A stretch of 64,000 nt of DNA from an uncultured Gammaproteobacteria bacterium (GTDB lineage: Bacteria; Patescibacteriota; Microgenomatia; UBA10105; UBA927). The position numbers were made by a program, and so were the translations under genes. Position 1 is the first letter of the stretch. Each line of letters opens with the position of its first letter. Shown in pieces: positions 9,484 to 18,070 of the stretch. The stretch is taken from positions 6,627 through 70,626 of the forward strand of contig CAYUKU010000005.1 of NCBI GenBank assembly GCA_964445435.1, written 5' to 3'. Under the pieces are notes generated by a model that searched no databases, was not told the origin of the DNA, and saw only the letters and a program-made list of their open reading frames with translations.

Positions 9484-10314
9484 ATGACACAGGATCTCCG
9501 CATCGCCTTCATGGGCGATATTACCGCCGACAAATACATGGATACCAGTTCCGTGAAGTATGGCGGAGCTGCTCTCAATATGGCAATGTGGGCCAAACGC
9601 ATCGGGATTGTCCCGGAAATCGTTTCTGCGGTGGGGGATGATCAGATAGGAGACGAATTTCTCAACCTCCTTGTGGATGAGAATCTTTCCTCGGCGTGCG
9701 TCCAGCAGAAACCGGGAAAAACATCAGCCATTGAAATCTTCCTGGAGAACGGCGAACGGCGATATGGTACGTGGGAACCGGGCGTGCTTTCTTCATACCA
9801 TGTACGAACCGAAGATTTTGAGATTCTGCAGAATGTCGATGCTATCGCTATTACCGTCTACCCCGCATATCTCAATGTGCTGGAAGAGTTTTCTCAATGG
9901 AGACAAACACAGGCTCCTGAAGAGCGCCCGCTGCTATGCATCAATTACGGCGATCTGAAAGAATTCGGAAACAGTATCGATATTCCCAAACAATATATCG
10001 ATAGTGCGGATATTCTGGTATTTGGGCTGGATAGCGAGAAGGATGCTGCCATTATAAGGGACGTACAGACACTATCACGGCCGGATACGTTGATTGTCAC
10101 GACATTAGGAAAGCATGGTTCCCGCGTCCGCGTAGGGCTGGGAGAGTTTTTTCAGCCGGCGTTTGATGCACATGTTGTTGATACGACGGGAGCCGGAGAT
10201 TCGTTTCTTGTCGGATTTCTGTCGGACTACCTCACGCGGGCAGATGTATCCAAAGCCCTTATTGCGGGATCACAGCTTGCGGTCAAAGCCATTTCTACAA
10301 TCGGCGCGTACTAG
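9484..10314 (+). CDS. PfkB-family carbohydrate kinase (fructoselysine kinase-like)
   Basis: GGAALN, VGDD, TLGKHG, DTTGAGDSF signature. Confidence 0.9.
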   Translation: MTQDLRIAFMGDITADKYMDTSSVKYGGAALNMAMWAKRIGIVPEIVSAVGDDQIGDEFLNLLVDENLSSACVQQKPGKTSAIEIFLENGERRYGTWEPGVLSSYHVRTEDFEILQNVDAIAITVYPAYLNVLEEFSQWRQTQAPEERPLLCINYGDLKEFGNSIDIPKQYIDSADILVFGLDSEKDAAIIRDVQTLSRPDTLIVTTLGKHGSRVRVGLGEFFQPAFDAHVVDTTGAGDSFLVGFLSDYLTRADVSKALIAGSQLAVKAISTIGAY

Positions 10315-10723
10315 ATTTTCCGCTGCAGGATTGGCATATCCCGAAAAATTCGAGGGAATGGGATGTGACGGTAAACTTCGTCTGTTTTTCAACAACTCGT
10401 TCCAGATCCGCTTCCATAATTTCGGAAACGTCGCGCATGCTTCCGCATGACGTGCAGATGACATGATGGTGATGCGCCCGGTCAGCGCGTTCGTAGCGGA
10501 ACTTGCCTTCGCCCAATTCGATCCGTTTGACGAGTCCTGTCGTGACGAACACGTCAAGAATGCGGTATATGGTTACCGGATCGACGTCAAGTTTTCTGAC
10601 CGCCGGGTATGCGCGTACCTCTTCGACGCTCAAAGGGAGGCTTCCTTTAGTCAACGCCTCCATGACTGCTACCCGTGCCCTTGTCGGCCTGATGCCACTT
10701 TTCGCAAGCGAATATGTATTCAT
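10295..10723 (-). CDS. fur: Fur-family metalloregulator (Fur/Zur)
   Basis: TIYRIL helix, HHHHVICTSCG, C-terminal GICQSC. Confidence 0.92.
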   Translation of the reverse strand: MNTYSLAKSGIRPTRARVAVMEALTKGSLPLSVEEVRAYPAVRKLDVDPVTIYRILDVFVTTGLVKRIELGEGKFRYERADRAHHHHVICTSCGSMRDVSEIMEADLERVVEKQTKFTVTSHSLEFFGICQSCSGKSSTRRL

Positions 10724-10729
10724 GACAGT

Positions 10730-10758
10730 ATATTATGCAACTTATTTGCATCTGTCAA
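10730..10758 (-). promoter_or_regulatory. promoter of the fur-family gene with a palindromic operator in the spacer
   Basis: Minus strand TTGACA-17 nt-TAATAT-6 nt-ATG; palindrome ATGCAA-N5-TTGCAT at 10735-10751. Confidence 0.7.
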
Positions 10759-10817
10759 AATGGTGCGCTCGGAGTTTCTGACTTGACATACTGGTTTTGA
10801 CAATTCATAGTAAAAGT

Positions 10818-11696
10818 ATGTTCGATCAGCTAATTGCGTTTGTTCTCTTAGGGTTAGGCTTGAAGACGCCGCTCACCGAAAGCGCGCCTGCACGTGTCGC
10901 ATATTCACAGTCCCAACAGTCCGTTCTATCAAGCAGCGATTCAAACGATGACGATTCCGAGCACGATGGCAGCGGCGGGAGCTCTTCCGGCAGCAATACA
11001 TCGGGAAGCGGATCGGGAAATGACAACGAAGACGAAAAAGAGGATGACCATGACGGCGCTTCCGGAGCATTCGGACCGACGGGGATATTCCCTGCGAAAA
11101 ACAGGATTTCCATTCAGCTGAAGGAGGCACATGATATCTACCGTGCCGAGCTTCAGAAGGATCATGAGGTCTGGAACGGTGAGCTAAGAGCAAAACTCGA
11201 AGCCGCCAAGAAACAGCACGAAGCCAGACGCGAGGCGCTGAAAAAGAAGTTAACGACACTGAGAGACGAGCGCAAAAAGACGATTATCACCAAGCTTCAG
11301 GACCGTTTCGATGAGGTAAATCGGAAGCGTCTCGAGCGCATGACCGAGAATCTCAAGAAGATCGAAGAGGTTCTCATGCATATCGAGGAGAAGGCAGCTG
11401 AGCAAAAAGAGCAAGGCAAGGACACCTCATCTGTCGACACCGCCGTCGCAAGCGCCCATACGGCGATAGATGCGGCAAAGGCGGCCCTCACCACGCAGGC
11501 GGGGAAAGAATATGTGATTACGATCAACTCGGAAACGACGGCGAAAAACGACGTCGGCCAGACGCGCCGGACGCTCGAAGCGGATCTGAAAGCCGTGCAC
11601 GGGAAAATCGTCGCCGCGCGCAAGGCTGTAAGTAATGCTATCCGCGCATTAGCACGACTTCGCGGAGAAGAGATCCCTGAGGAGGTCATCAAATGA
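10818..11696 (+). CDS. secreted/anchored coiled-coil hypothetical protein
   Basis: Signal-like N terminus, S/G/D low-complexity linker, long heptad-rich helices. Confidence 0.75.
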   Translation: MFDQLIAFVLLGLGLKTPLTESAPARVAYSQSQQSVLSSSDSNDDDSEHDGSGGSSSGSNTSGSGSGNDNEDEKEDDHDGASGAFGPTGIFPAKNRISIQLKEAHDIYRAELQKDHEVWNGELRAKLEAAKKQHEARREALKKKLTTLRDERKKTIITKLQDRFDEVNRKRLERMTENLKKIEEVLMHIEEKAAEQKEQGKDTSSVDTAVASAHTAIDAAKAALTTQAGKEYVITINSETTAKNDVGQTRRTLEADLKAVHGKIVAARKAVSNAIRALARLRGEEIPEEVIK

Positions 11697-12001
11697 AAAC
11701 AAAAATGCCTCTCTTGTTTCTTATCCCCATGATTGCCATCATTCTCGTCGTCGCGGGTGCCGCGCTTGTCCGCATGTTGTCCCGGCCGGCAACCGAAGTG
11801 GCACAGACGACGGAGTATCCCTCATTGGATGAATCGACGAACAAGCCTTCTTCGTTTTTGGGAAAACTGTTTGGCGGCGGTACGACGCCGGCCCCGACGC
11901 CGGCCTCGAGTGATGATCTCGCGCGGGAACTCAAAAACACCGTCGATGACGGGGGACAATCCGATTTTGACGCGCTAGAGAAGGAATCCGAAGGCCTGTA
12001 A
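11693..12001 (+). CDS. single-TM hypothetical protein
   Basis: ATGA overlap with the previous gene; N-terminal TM; P/T linker. Confidence 0.7.
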   Translation: MKTKMPLLFLIPMIAIILVVAGAALVRMLSRPATEVAQTTEYPSLDESTNKPSSFLGKLFGGGTTPAPTPASSDDLARELKNTVDDGGQSDFDALEKESEGL

Positions 12002-12084
12002 GACCCCATCAAGCTTGACACCGCCTTCATCGTTGTCTACCATACTCTTGGAGGTACCGTAAAAGAGTGCGGAAATTGGAAATT

Positions 12085-12226
12085 TTTAAGCGTGTGGCCC
12101 GCCGGCGAGGCGGGATACGAGGGAAGGGCGTATCGAAATAATCTGCGGGTGCCCTTTGGTAGTTGCTCCCTACCACAACAGCGATTCGGAAACCTCCCGG
12201 TAACGGAAGAACAACGAAGCTGACGG
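12085..12226 (+). ncRNA. glmS ribozyme (variant)
   Basis: Upstream of glmS; ordered core motifs AGCG...ACGAGG...GGG CGTATCGAA...TC.GCGG.TGCCC...AAACC...GGTAAC...GAACAA as in the Bacillus-type ribozyme. Confidence 0.8.
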
Positions 12227-12279
12227 AGTCCGCCTCTTATCATCGAAAAATCGTTTTTTATTTTCCGAAGGAGTGTTCT

Positions 12280-14061
12280 ATGTGTGGAATTTTTGGCTAC
12301 GTGGGTCCGTCACCCAAGGCGACATCATTGGTTCTTAAAGGTCTTAAGGATCTTGAATATCGGGGGTATGACAGCTGGGGCATCGCCGCAGTTCCGGATA
12401 ATTCAAACGGGCACGGCAAGATCGTCGTGAAGAAAAAGACGGGGAAAATCGGCAACGCCACGCCGGAAGGGTTTCCCGCCAGCTCATTTGCCTTCGGGCA
12501 CACGAGATGGGCGACACATGGCGGTGTCACGGATATAAACGCGCATCCCCACCTGGACTGTACGGGGACTATTGCCATCATCCATAACGGCATTCTGGAA
12601 AACTATATGGAGATCAAGGAGAAACTTCTGAAGAAAGGTCACCGATTTATCTCCCAAACGGATACCGAAGTCGCGGTTCATCTCATCGAGGAATACGCCA
12701 AAACCATGCTTTTCAGCAAGGCGGTCCAGAAGGCATTCAATGAGATGACGGGTCTCAATGCATTCATTGCCATGAATACGAAGATTAAGCAGTTCGTCGC
12801 CGTGCGAAACGGCTCGCCATTAGTCGTCGGGTTCGGGAACAAGGAAAACTACCTGGCGTCAGACGCGGCCGCCCTTTTGCCGCATACCAAGCAGGTGCAT
12901 TTTCTTGAGGACGATGAGATGGCGATTGTTACACAAAAAGGCGCCATGATATTCAACGCGCGGACGGGAGCCCATGTCGCACCGCGTAAACAGCTTCTTA
13001 CCTGGTCCCTGGCGCAGGTGGAGAAAGGCAGTTATCCGTATTTCATGCTGAAAGAGATCCATGAACAGCCGGGAATTCTGGCGGATATCGCAGCAGATGG
13101 CGCCAACAGAGCGGTAGAATTGGCGAAGGTCGTGAAGAAAAGCCATGACGTTGCCATCATCGGTTGCGGGACGGCGAGCTACGCGAGTCTTGCCGGATCT
13201 ATCTTGTTTAACAAGATTGCCAAGCGGCCGGTCACGTGGGTGATCGGAAGCGAATTTGATGACGAGGTCCAGTTTTTGGGTCCGTCGAGTCTGGTTATAG
13301 CCCTGTCTCAGTCCGGAGAGACGATGGATACGCTTGAGGCAGTGCGCAAAGCCAAGAAGAAAAAGGCGAAGATTCTTTCCATCGTCAACGTCATGGGGTC
13401 GACCCTGTACCGCGAGAGTGATTATCAGCTTCTCATAGGTGCAGGTCCGGAGAAGGGTGTTGCTTCGACGAAGGCGTTTACCGGGAAAATCGCCCACACG
13501 CTTCTTCTGGCTTACGCGTCAGTCGGGAAGGTCGGGGATGGGCAAAAAATGCTGACCAAAGCAGCGCGTGTGGCCAAGGAAATACTGTCGGAGAAATCCG
13601 TTTCCCGGATTAAGACGCTTGCCAAGCGCATCGCCAAAAACGAACACGCCTATGTCATCGGCCGCGGCATGAGTTATCCAACCGCCCTCGAGACGGCGCT
13701 TAAGATCAAGGAGATCTCCTACATTCACGCGGAAGGGTTTGCCGCGGGGGAGCTCAAGCACGGAGTGATTGCGCTTATCGAAGAAGGAACGCCGTGCATC
13801 GCGTTTCTCCCCAACGACGAGACGTACGCAGCGAACCTGGCTGGCGCCATGGAGATGAAGGCGCGCGGCGGGTACATCATCGGGGTATCGCACAAACCCC
13901 ACGAGATATTTGATTACTACATTCCGGTGAAGGATGTGGGACCGGCAACGCTCATCCCCAACGTCATGGTTGCCCAGCTTTTGGCCTATTACCTGACGAT
14001 TGAGCGCGGGTTTGATCCCGACATGCCGCGCAATCTGGCCAAAAGCGTGACGGTAAAATAG
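12280..14061 (+). CDS. glmS: glutamine--fructose-6-phosphate aminotransferase
   Basis: Starts MCGIFG (catalytic Cys), LEYRGYDS, GHTRWATHG, ends PRNLAKSVTV; AAGGAG RBS. Confidence 0.98.
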   Translation: MCGIFGYVGPSPKATSLVLKGLKDLEYRGYDSWGIAAVPDNSNGHGKIVVKKKTGKIGNATPEGFPASSFAFGHTRWATHGGVTDINAHPHLDCTGTIAIIHNGILENYMEIKEKLLKKGHRFISQTDTEVAVHLIEEYAKTMLFSKAVQKAFNEMTGLNAFIAMNTKIKQFVAVRNGSPLVVGFGNKENYLASDAAALLPHTKQVHFLEDDEMAIVTQKGAMIFNARTGAHVAPRKQLLTWSLAQVEKGSYPYFMLKEIHEQPGILADIAADGANRAVELAKVVKKSHDVAIIGCGTASYASLAGSILFNKIAKRPVTWVIGSEFDDEVQFLGPSSLVIALSQSGETMDTLEAVRKAKKKKAKILSIVNVMGSTLYRESDYQLLIGAGPEKGVASTKAFTGKIAHTLLLAYASVGKVGDGQKMLTKAARVAKEILSEKSVSRIKTLAKRIAKNEHAYVIGRGMSYPTALETALKIKEISYIHAEGFAAGELKHGVIALIEEGTPCIAFLPNDETYAANLAGAMEMKARGGYIIGVSHKPHEIFDYYIPVKDVGPATLIPNVMVAQLLAYYLTIERGFDPDMPRNLAKSVTVK

Positions 14062-14080
14062 TGTTAAGTGCAACCGCCGT

Positions 14081-14134
14081 GCAGACGGGAATTTCAAAGA
14101 CACGCTCACTGATGGTTGTCCGCACGTCGTTTGC
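14081..14134 (-). repeat. internally deleted, inverted family A copy
   Basis: Reverse complement GCAAAC...GACAAC-CATCAGTGAGCGTGTCTTTGAAATT..GTCTGC joins the 5' and 3' ends of family A. Confidence 0.6.
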
Positions 14135-14153
14135 TTTTGGGTGACCCGCTTTT

Positions 14154-14317
14154 AGCAGCGTAGCAAACAATTTTTTGCGACAACTGAGCGTTCGCATAAT
14201 GTCATGGAGTTTAATCGTGATATGCGAACGCTCACTTAGCGAACGACGGGAAGTACTCATCGATCAGTGATTATCATCAGGTGAGCAGGTCGCTGAAAAT
14301 TCGTTTGCGAAGCTGCT
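14154..14317 (+). repeat. family A structured repeat, copy 1 (164 bp)
   Basis: AGCAGC..GCAAAC AATTTT..GACAACTGAGCGTTCGC...GCGAACGCTCA.TTAGCGAACGACGGG...GTGAGC..GTC...AAAATT.GTTTGC..AGCTGCT. Confidence 0.88.
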
Positions 14318-14328
14318 TCTGGAGGGCG

Positions 14329-15123
14329 TTAGTATTTAATCACAAATTCCTTGAGGAGTTTTTTCTCCGTCTTTCCGCCGATAATTGCCTTTACTTCGAA
14401 GTATTGCTCCACCCCTGAATGGGAGAGTTTTTCTTTCAGAAGCTCGTCGACCTGGAAGATGCCCGCCGAGTTGCTCATCGTGATGTAGATTTCAATCGGG
14501 CGGTCTTTGCCTTCTTTTATTTCCACGCCTTCGACGGCATACGCGGAGAGCGAATGGATATTTACTTTTCCTGCCTCATAGGGAATGCGGGAGCGGCCGC
14601 TACTCATATCAAGTGCGTCGGCGATCCGTACGATGCCGGCCTCTTTGGTAAGCGGTCTTCCGTCAGATCGGTGACTGATGATGGCGTGAAGCGTTTCAGA
14701 GATGACAATCGTTCGTTCCGAAATGGGCATAAACGAGAGCGTTTCCCGAAGAAGCGAATTTGCCAGAAACAGGCTATATGTTTCGTGGTCAATGCGGTGG
14801 ATGGACATCCCAAGATCATGGAGAATGCTTGCAAGTACGATGACCACTTCGGCATGCTGTTGGGTGAGTTTGTAGTCTTTCACGATGGACATCTGGATGT
14901 TGTTTTTCTCAAGAATCCGCGCAAGTCGAAGTGCGATATTTGCCACAATCTGGAAATGGACGGGTCCGTGATCGCTCATGCCCAGCCGGTCAATGGCGTT
15001 GACGTTGAGGATGTTCCAGAGCGTCACGATTTCTTCATTATTGTTTATCCGCTCAAGTGTTTCTGAGAGGAGTTTGTTACTCGCGGTCGGAACGTGGATG
15101 AGAGGTTTATCGGTAGTGTTCAC
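14329..15123 (-). CDS. HD-domain phosphohydrolase
   Basis: DHGPVH, LHDLG, IISH, ADALD motifs; probable GTG start at 15123 (track ORF is over-extended). Confidence 0.85.
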   Translation of the reverse strand: MNTTDKPLIHVPTASNKLLSETLERINNNEEIVTLWNILNVNAIDRLGMSDHGPVHFQIVANIALRLARILEKNNIQMSIVKDYKLTQQHAEVVIVLASILHDLGMSIHRIDHETYSLFLANSLLRETLSFMPISERTIVISETLHAIISHRSDGRPLTKEAGIVRIADALDMSSGRSRIPYEAGKVNIHSLSAYAVEGVEIKEGKDRPIEIYITMSNSAGIFQVDELLKEKLSHSGVEQYFEVKAIIGGKTEKKLLKEFVIKY

Positions 15124-15177
15124 TGGCACAGTATAGCAGAAAGGGTATGTTTGTGGTACAACAGTCAGGTAGTAACT

Positions 15178-15807
15178 ATGCGCAAAAGAAATTTGTATAT
15201 CTCCGTCATGGGTACGATGGGAAGCGGAAAGACAACCGCCGCCCGTCTCATCGCCCAAGAGCTTAAGTTTCAACTGGTGGAGGAAAATTTCGGCGAAAAC
15301 GCGTTTCTCCCCAGATTTTATGGAGACATGAACCGCTGGGCGTTCCATTCCCAGACGTTTTTTTTGATGGAGAAGATTACCCAGATGTTGGAAACCCCGA
15401 AAATGCTGGAAAAGGGGCCGGTCGTCCAGGATACGCCCATCCAGCAGGACGCGTTTTCTTATGCCAAGGCCCAGCATGTTCTCGGACATATTGATGATGC
15501 CGAGTGGAAACTGTATCAGAAGATTTACAAATCCTTCGAGCCGTATTTCCCCAAGCCCGATTGCATCGTTTTTCTGGAAACCTCAATTCCGTCGATTGCC
15601 GACCGCATCGAGAAGCGCGGGCGAGGGTATGAGCAGAAAATTCCGCAAAGCTACCTGGAACTTCTGGATATGCTCAATCACAAGTGGCTAACGGAAAACA
15701 AAAGCATCCCCGTCTTGACGGTGGCCACCGACGGACTCAATATCGTCACAAGCAAGGTCGCCAAAGAGGCGCTTCTCACAGCCGTAAAGAAGAAGCTGAA
15801 GCTTTAG
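15178..15807 (+). CDS. deoxynucleoside kinase (dAK/dGK family)
   Basis: P-loop GTMGSGKTT, FLPRFY, RWAFHSQ, RI.KRGR.YE lid. Confidence 0.9.
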   Translation: MRKRNLYISVMGTMGSGKTTAARLIAQELKFQLVEENFGENAFLPRFYGDMNRWAFHSQTFFLMEKITQMLETPKMLEKGPVVQDTPIQQDAFSYAKAQHVLGHIDDAEWKLYQKIYKSFEPYFPKPDCIVFLETSIPSIADRIEKRGRGYEQKIPQSYLELLDMLNHKWLTENKSIPVLTVATDGLNIVTSKVAKEALLTAVKKKLKL

Positions 15808-15850
15808 GTTGAATGCCTCTATCAATGTCATCGTGTTAACACGCTAATAT

Positions 15851-16552
15851 ATGCAGGATAAGCTGATGTCGGACATACGCGTAATCATTTGGGATTTCGA
15901 CGGGACGTTCTATCCGCAGAATCCCGCGGTAACTGCAGCGATGGAGGAAGGACAGTACCAAACAATCATGCGCCACAAGGGCTGGACGCATGAGCGGGCG
16001 AAAGAAGAATTCTGGAAGATATACCCTTCGCAAACGACAAGCGGAAATACCGCGGTGGGACGCATCTGCGGAATCACCACTGCTCAGGCGGGCGTGGAAA
16101 ACGAACAGGGATTTGATAGGCTTGCGTTTATCCCAAAGGATCACCATCTTCCCGAATTGTTTGAGAAGTTAAAAGGCTTCCGGCACTTCATTCTGGGAAA
16201 TGGCGTTCAAGCGAATTTGTTGAAAACAACCAAAGGGTTAGGCATTGATCACGTGTTTGAAGAGATCGTCACGAGTGAAACGGTAGGAGCCAACAAGCCG
16301 GATCCGGCGGGATTCCGGTATATCCTGAAAAAGACAGGGTTTGCGCCCCGACAGCATGTGATGGTTGGAGACCGCGAGGTGGTCGACCTTGCTCCCGCCA
16401 AAAAGCTGGGCATGCGCACCTGTCTCGTGACGTGGGGAGAGGGGTTTTCCGAACTGCCAACAACCGGTGAGAGCGTGGATATCACCATCCCAACGGTATA
16501 CGACCTGCCAGATCGGCTCCATGAAATTGCATCTGCAAGTCGCTTAGCATAG
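15851..16552 (+). CDS. HAD-superfamily hydrolase (putative nucleotidase)
   Basis: WDFDGT, KPDP, MVGDR..VD motifs. Confidence 0.88.
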   Translation: MQDKLMSDIRVIIWDFDGTFYPQNPAVTAAMEEGQYQTIMRHKGWTHERAKEEFWKIYPSQTTSGNTAVGRICGITTAQAGVENEQGFDRLAFIPKDHHLPELFEKLKGFRHFILGNGVQANLLKTTKGLGIDHVFEEIVTSETVGANKPDPAGFRYILKKTGFAPRQHVMVGDREVVDLAPAKKLGMRTCLVTWGEGFSELPTTGESVDITIPTVYDLPDRLHEIASASRLA

Positions 16553-16561
16553 TATATTTTT

Positions 16562-17251
16562 ATGGCACGAGGAAAACTTATCGTTCTTGAGGGCACAGAC
16601 GGATCAGGCAAGGGAACGCAGTTCAAACTTCTTGTGGATTACTTATCCACACGCAATATTCCCTACGAAACTATGGACTTCCCGCGGTACGGCAAATCGT
16701 TTTTCGGAGACCTTGCGGGCCGCATGCTCGCAGGAGACTTCGGCGGGGCGCAAACCATTGCGCCTGAGCTGGGGGTACTGCCGTTTGCCTGCGACCGGTG
16801 GCTTCTGAAGGATGATCTTGTGAAATGGCTTTCTGACGGCAAGATCGTGGTGAGTAATCGATACACCGCATCAAGTGCCGTGTATCACGCAGCCAAGCTT
16901 GAAAAAGAGAAGCAATACGCGTTTATCGATTGGGTGTATAAACTGGAACAGGAAATCATCGGCCTGCCCCAAGAAGACGTTGCGATCTATTTTCACGTTC
17001 CTGTTTCGGTATCCCAACAGCTTATCGAGAAAAAGGCAGCCCGCACCTATCTGGGCGACAAAAAGAAAGATATCTACGAAGAAGACACCCGTGTCCAGGA
17101 AAACGTTGAGCACTTGTACCTTGACCTGGCCGTCAACAGAAACAGCTGGAAAACCATCGAGTGCGTGCGGGATACCGTCATGCGCACGCCCGAAGAGATA
17201 CACAATGATGTACTTGACGTTCTTCAGGTAAACGGAGTATTTTCTTCTTAG
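16562..17251 (+). CDS. tmk: thymidylate kinase
   Basis: EGTDGSGKGTQ, FPRY, NRYTAS. Confidence 0.92.
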   Translation: MARGKLIVLEGTDGSGKGTQFKLLVDYLSTRNIPYETMDFPRYGKSFFGDLAGRMLAGDFGGAQTIAPELGVLPFACDRWLLKDDLVKWLSDGKIVVSNRYTASSAVYHAAKLEKEKQYAFIDWVYKLEQEIIGLPQEDVAIYFHVPVSVSQQLIEKKAARTYLGDKKKDIYEEDTRVQENVEHLYLDLAVNRNSWKTIECVRDTVMRTPEEIHNDVLDVLQVNGVFSS

Positions 17252-17254
17252 GAC

Positions 17255-17278
17255 GTCATTCCCGCGAAAGCGGGAATC
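17255..17278. repeat. REP-like palindrome (ATTCCC-N8-GGGAAT class)
   Basis: GTCATTCCCGCGAAAGCGGGAATC between tmk and tdk. Confidence 0.7.
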
Positions 17279-17308
17279 TGCCTTTTCTCCTGCCAGAGCG
17301 TCACAACC

Positions 17309-17890
17309 ATGCCAAAGAATGCTCGCCGTTCGAAAAAGGGTCGTTTAACCGTTGTTGCCGGTCCCATGTTCTCCGGGAAAACGAGTAAGCTCGTTGCGAT
17401 GGTCGAAGTATTTACCCGTATGGGACATACGGTTCTCACCGTAAAGCCGAAATTGGACAACCGCTACGGCGGGAAAGACGAAATCCACTCCCACGATCAC
17501 AAGAAAACGCCGGCAATCGTGGTGGACGGCGAAGCCCCCGAGGTGATTATCGAGAAAATTCTGGAAACCGGCGCGGACAAAGTTATCTTCGATGAAGTGC
17601 AGTTTTTCGAGAAAGAAAAGGTCATGTACGTTATAGATGTCCTTCGCAAGCGCGGAATTCATGTGATTGCCGCGGGACTCCTCTATGATTACCAGCGCAA
17701 ACCGTTTGGTTGTACGCCAGATCTCCTGGGACTTGCGGATGAACGGCTCGAGTTGTTTGCTATTTGCCAGCACTGCGGTTCGCTCGCGCGGCATACGCAG
17801 AGAAACAAGGGTGGGAAAGGACAAATCGTCGTGGGTGCAGCTGACATGTACACCGCCAGTTGCGAAAAATGCCACAAGATATATAAATAA
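17309..17890 (+). CDS. tdk: thymidine kinase
   Basis: GPMFSGKT, DNRY, DEVQF, zinc site CQHC...CEKC. Confidence 0.95.
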   Translation: MPKNARRSKKGRLTVVAGPMFSGKTSKLVAMVEVFTRMGHTVLTVKPKLDNRYGGKDEIHSHDHKKTPAIVVDGEAPEVIIEKILETGADKVIFDEVQFFEKEKVMYVIDVLRKRGIHVIAAGLLYDYQRKPFGCTPDLLGLADERLELFAICQHCGSLARHTQRNKGGKGQIVVGAADMYTASCEKCHKIYK

Positions 17891-17907
17891 AATACAAAGG
17901 AGGTCCT

Positions 17908-18069
17908 ATGGGAAAAATTGAAGCAGGTCCGGGTCAAACGATAGTAGAAGGGTCAAGTGGCGCATCATATGTTAATGTGAAAGTAGAAGACGAAAATCTT
18001 GGAGAGGCAGACCATCTTGTTGGCGAAGCAGAAGAAGCAGAAGTAGTAGAAGCTGAGCCCCAGCAATAA
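17908..18069 (+). CDS. small acidic protein (53 aa, missing from the ORF track)
   Basis: AAGGAGG RBS; MGKIEAGPGQTIVEGSSGASYVNVKVEDENLGEADHLVGEAEEAEVVEAEPQQ fills the tdk-udp gap exactly. Confidence 0.65.
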   Translation: MGKIEAGPGQTIVEGSSGASYVNVKVEDENLGEADHLVGEAEEAEVVEAEPQQ

Positions 18070-18070
18070 C

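Noticed and set aside
14190-14217. CGTTCGCATAA-TGTCAT-GGAGTTTAATC resembles a dif/XerCD site
   Set aside because: The XerD arm is poor and the left arm is simply the conserved stem of family A; other copies lack it
14154-14317. Family A as 6S RNA, hammerhead ribozyme or CRISPR/TIGR array
   Set aside because: Multiple dispersed copies, no CUGANGA/GAAA core, and no tandem repeat-spacer periodicity anywhere in the window
15124-15489. N-terminal extensions in track ORFs (HD gene, glmS, guaB, rpsB, pepD, SufT-like, 48174 start)
   Set aside because: They overlap divergent genes, riboswitches or repeats; conserved domains and promoter positions indicate downstream starts
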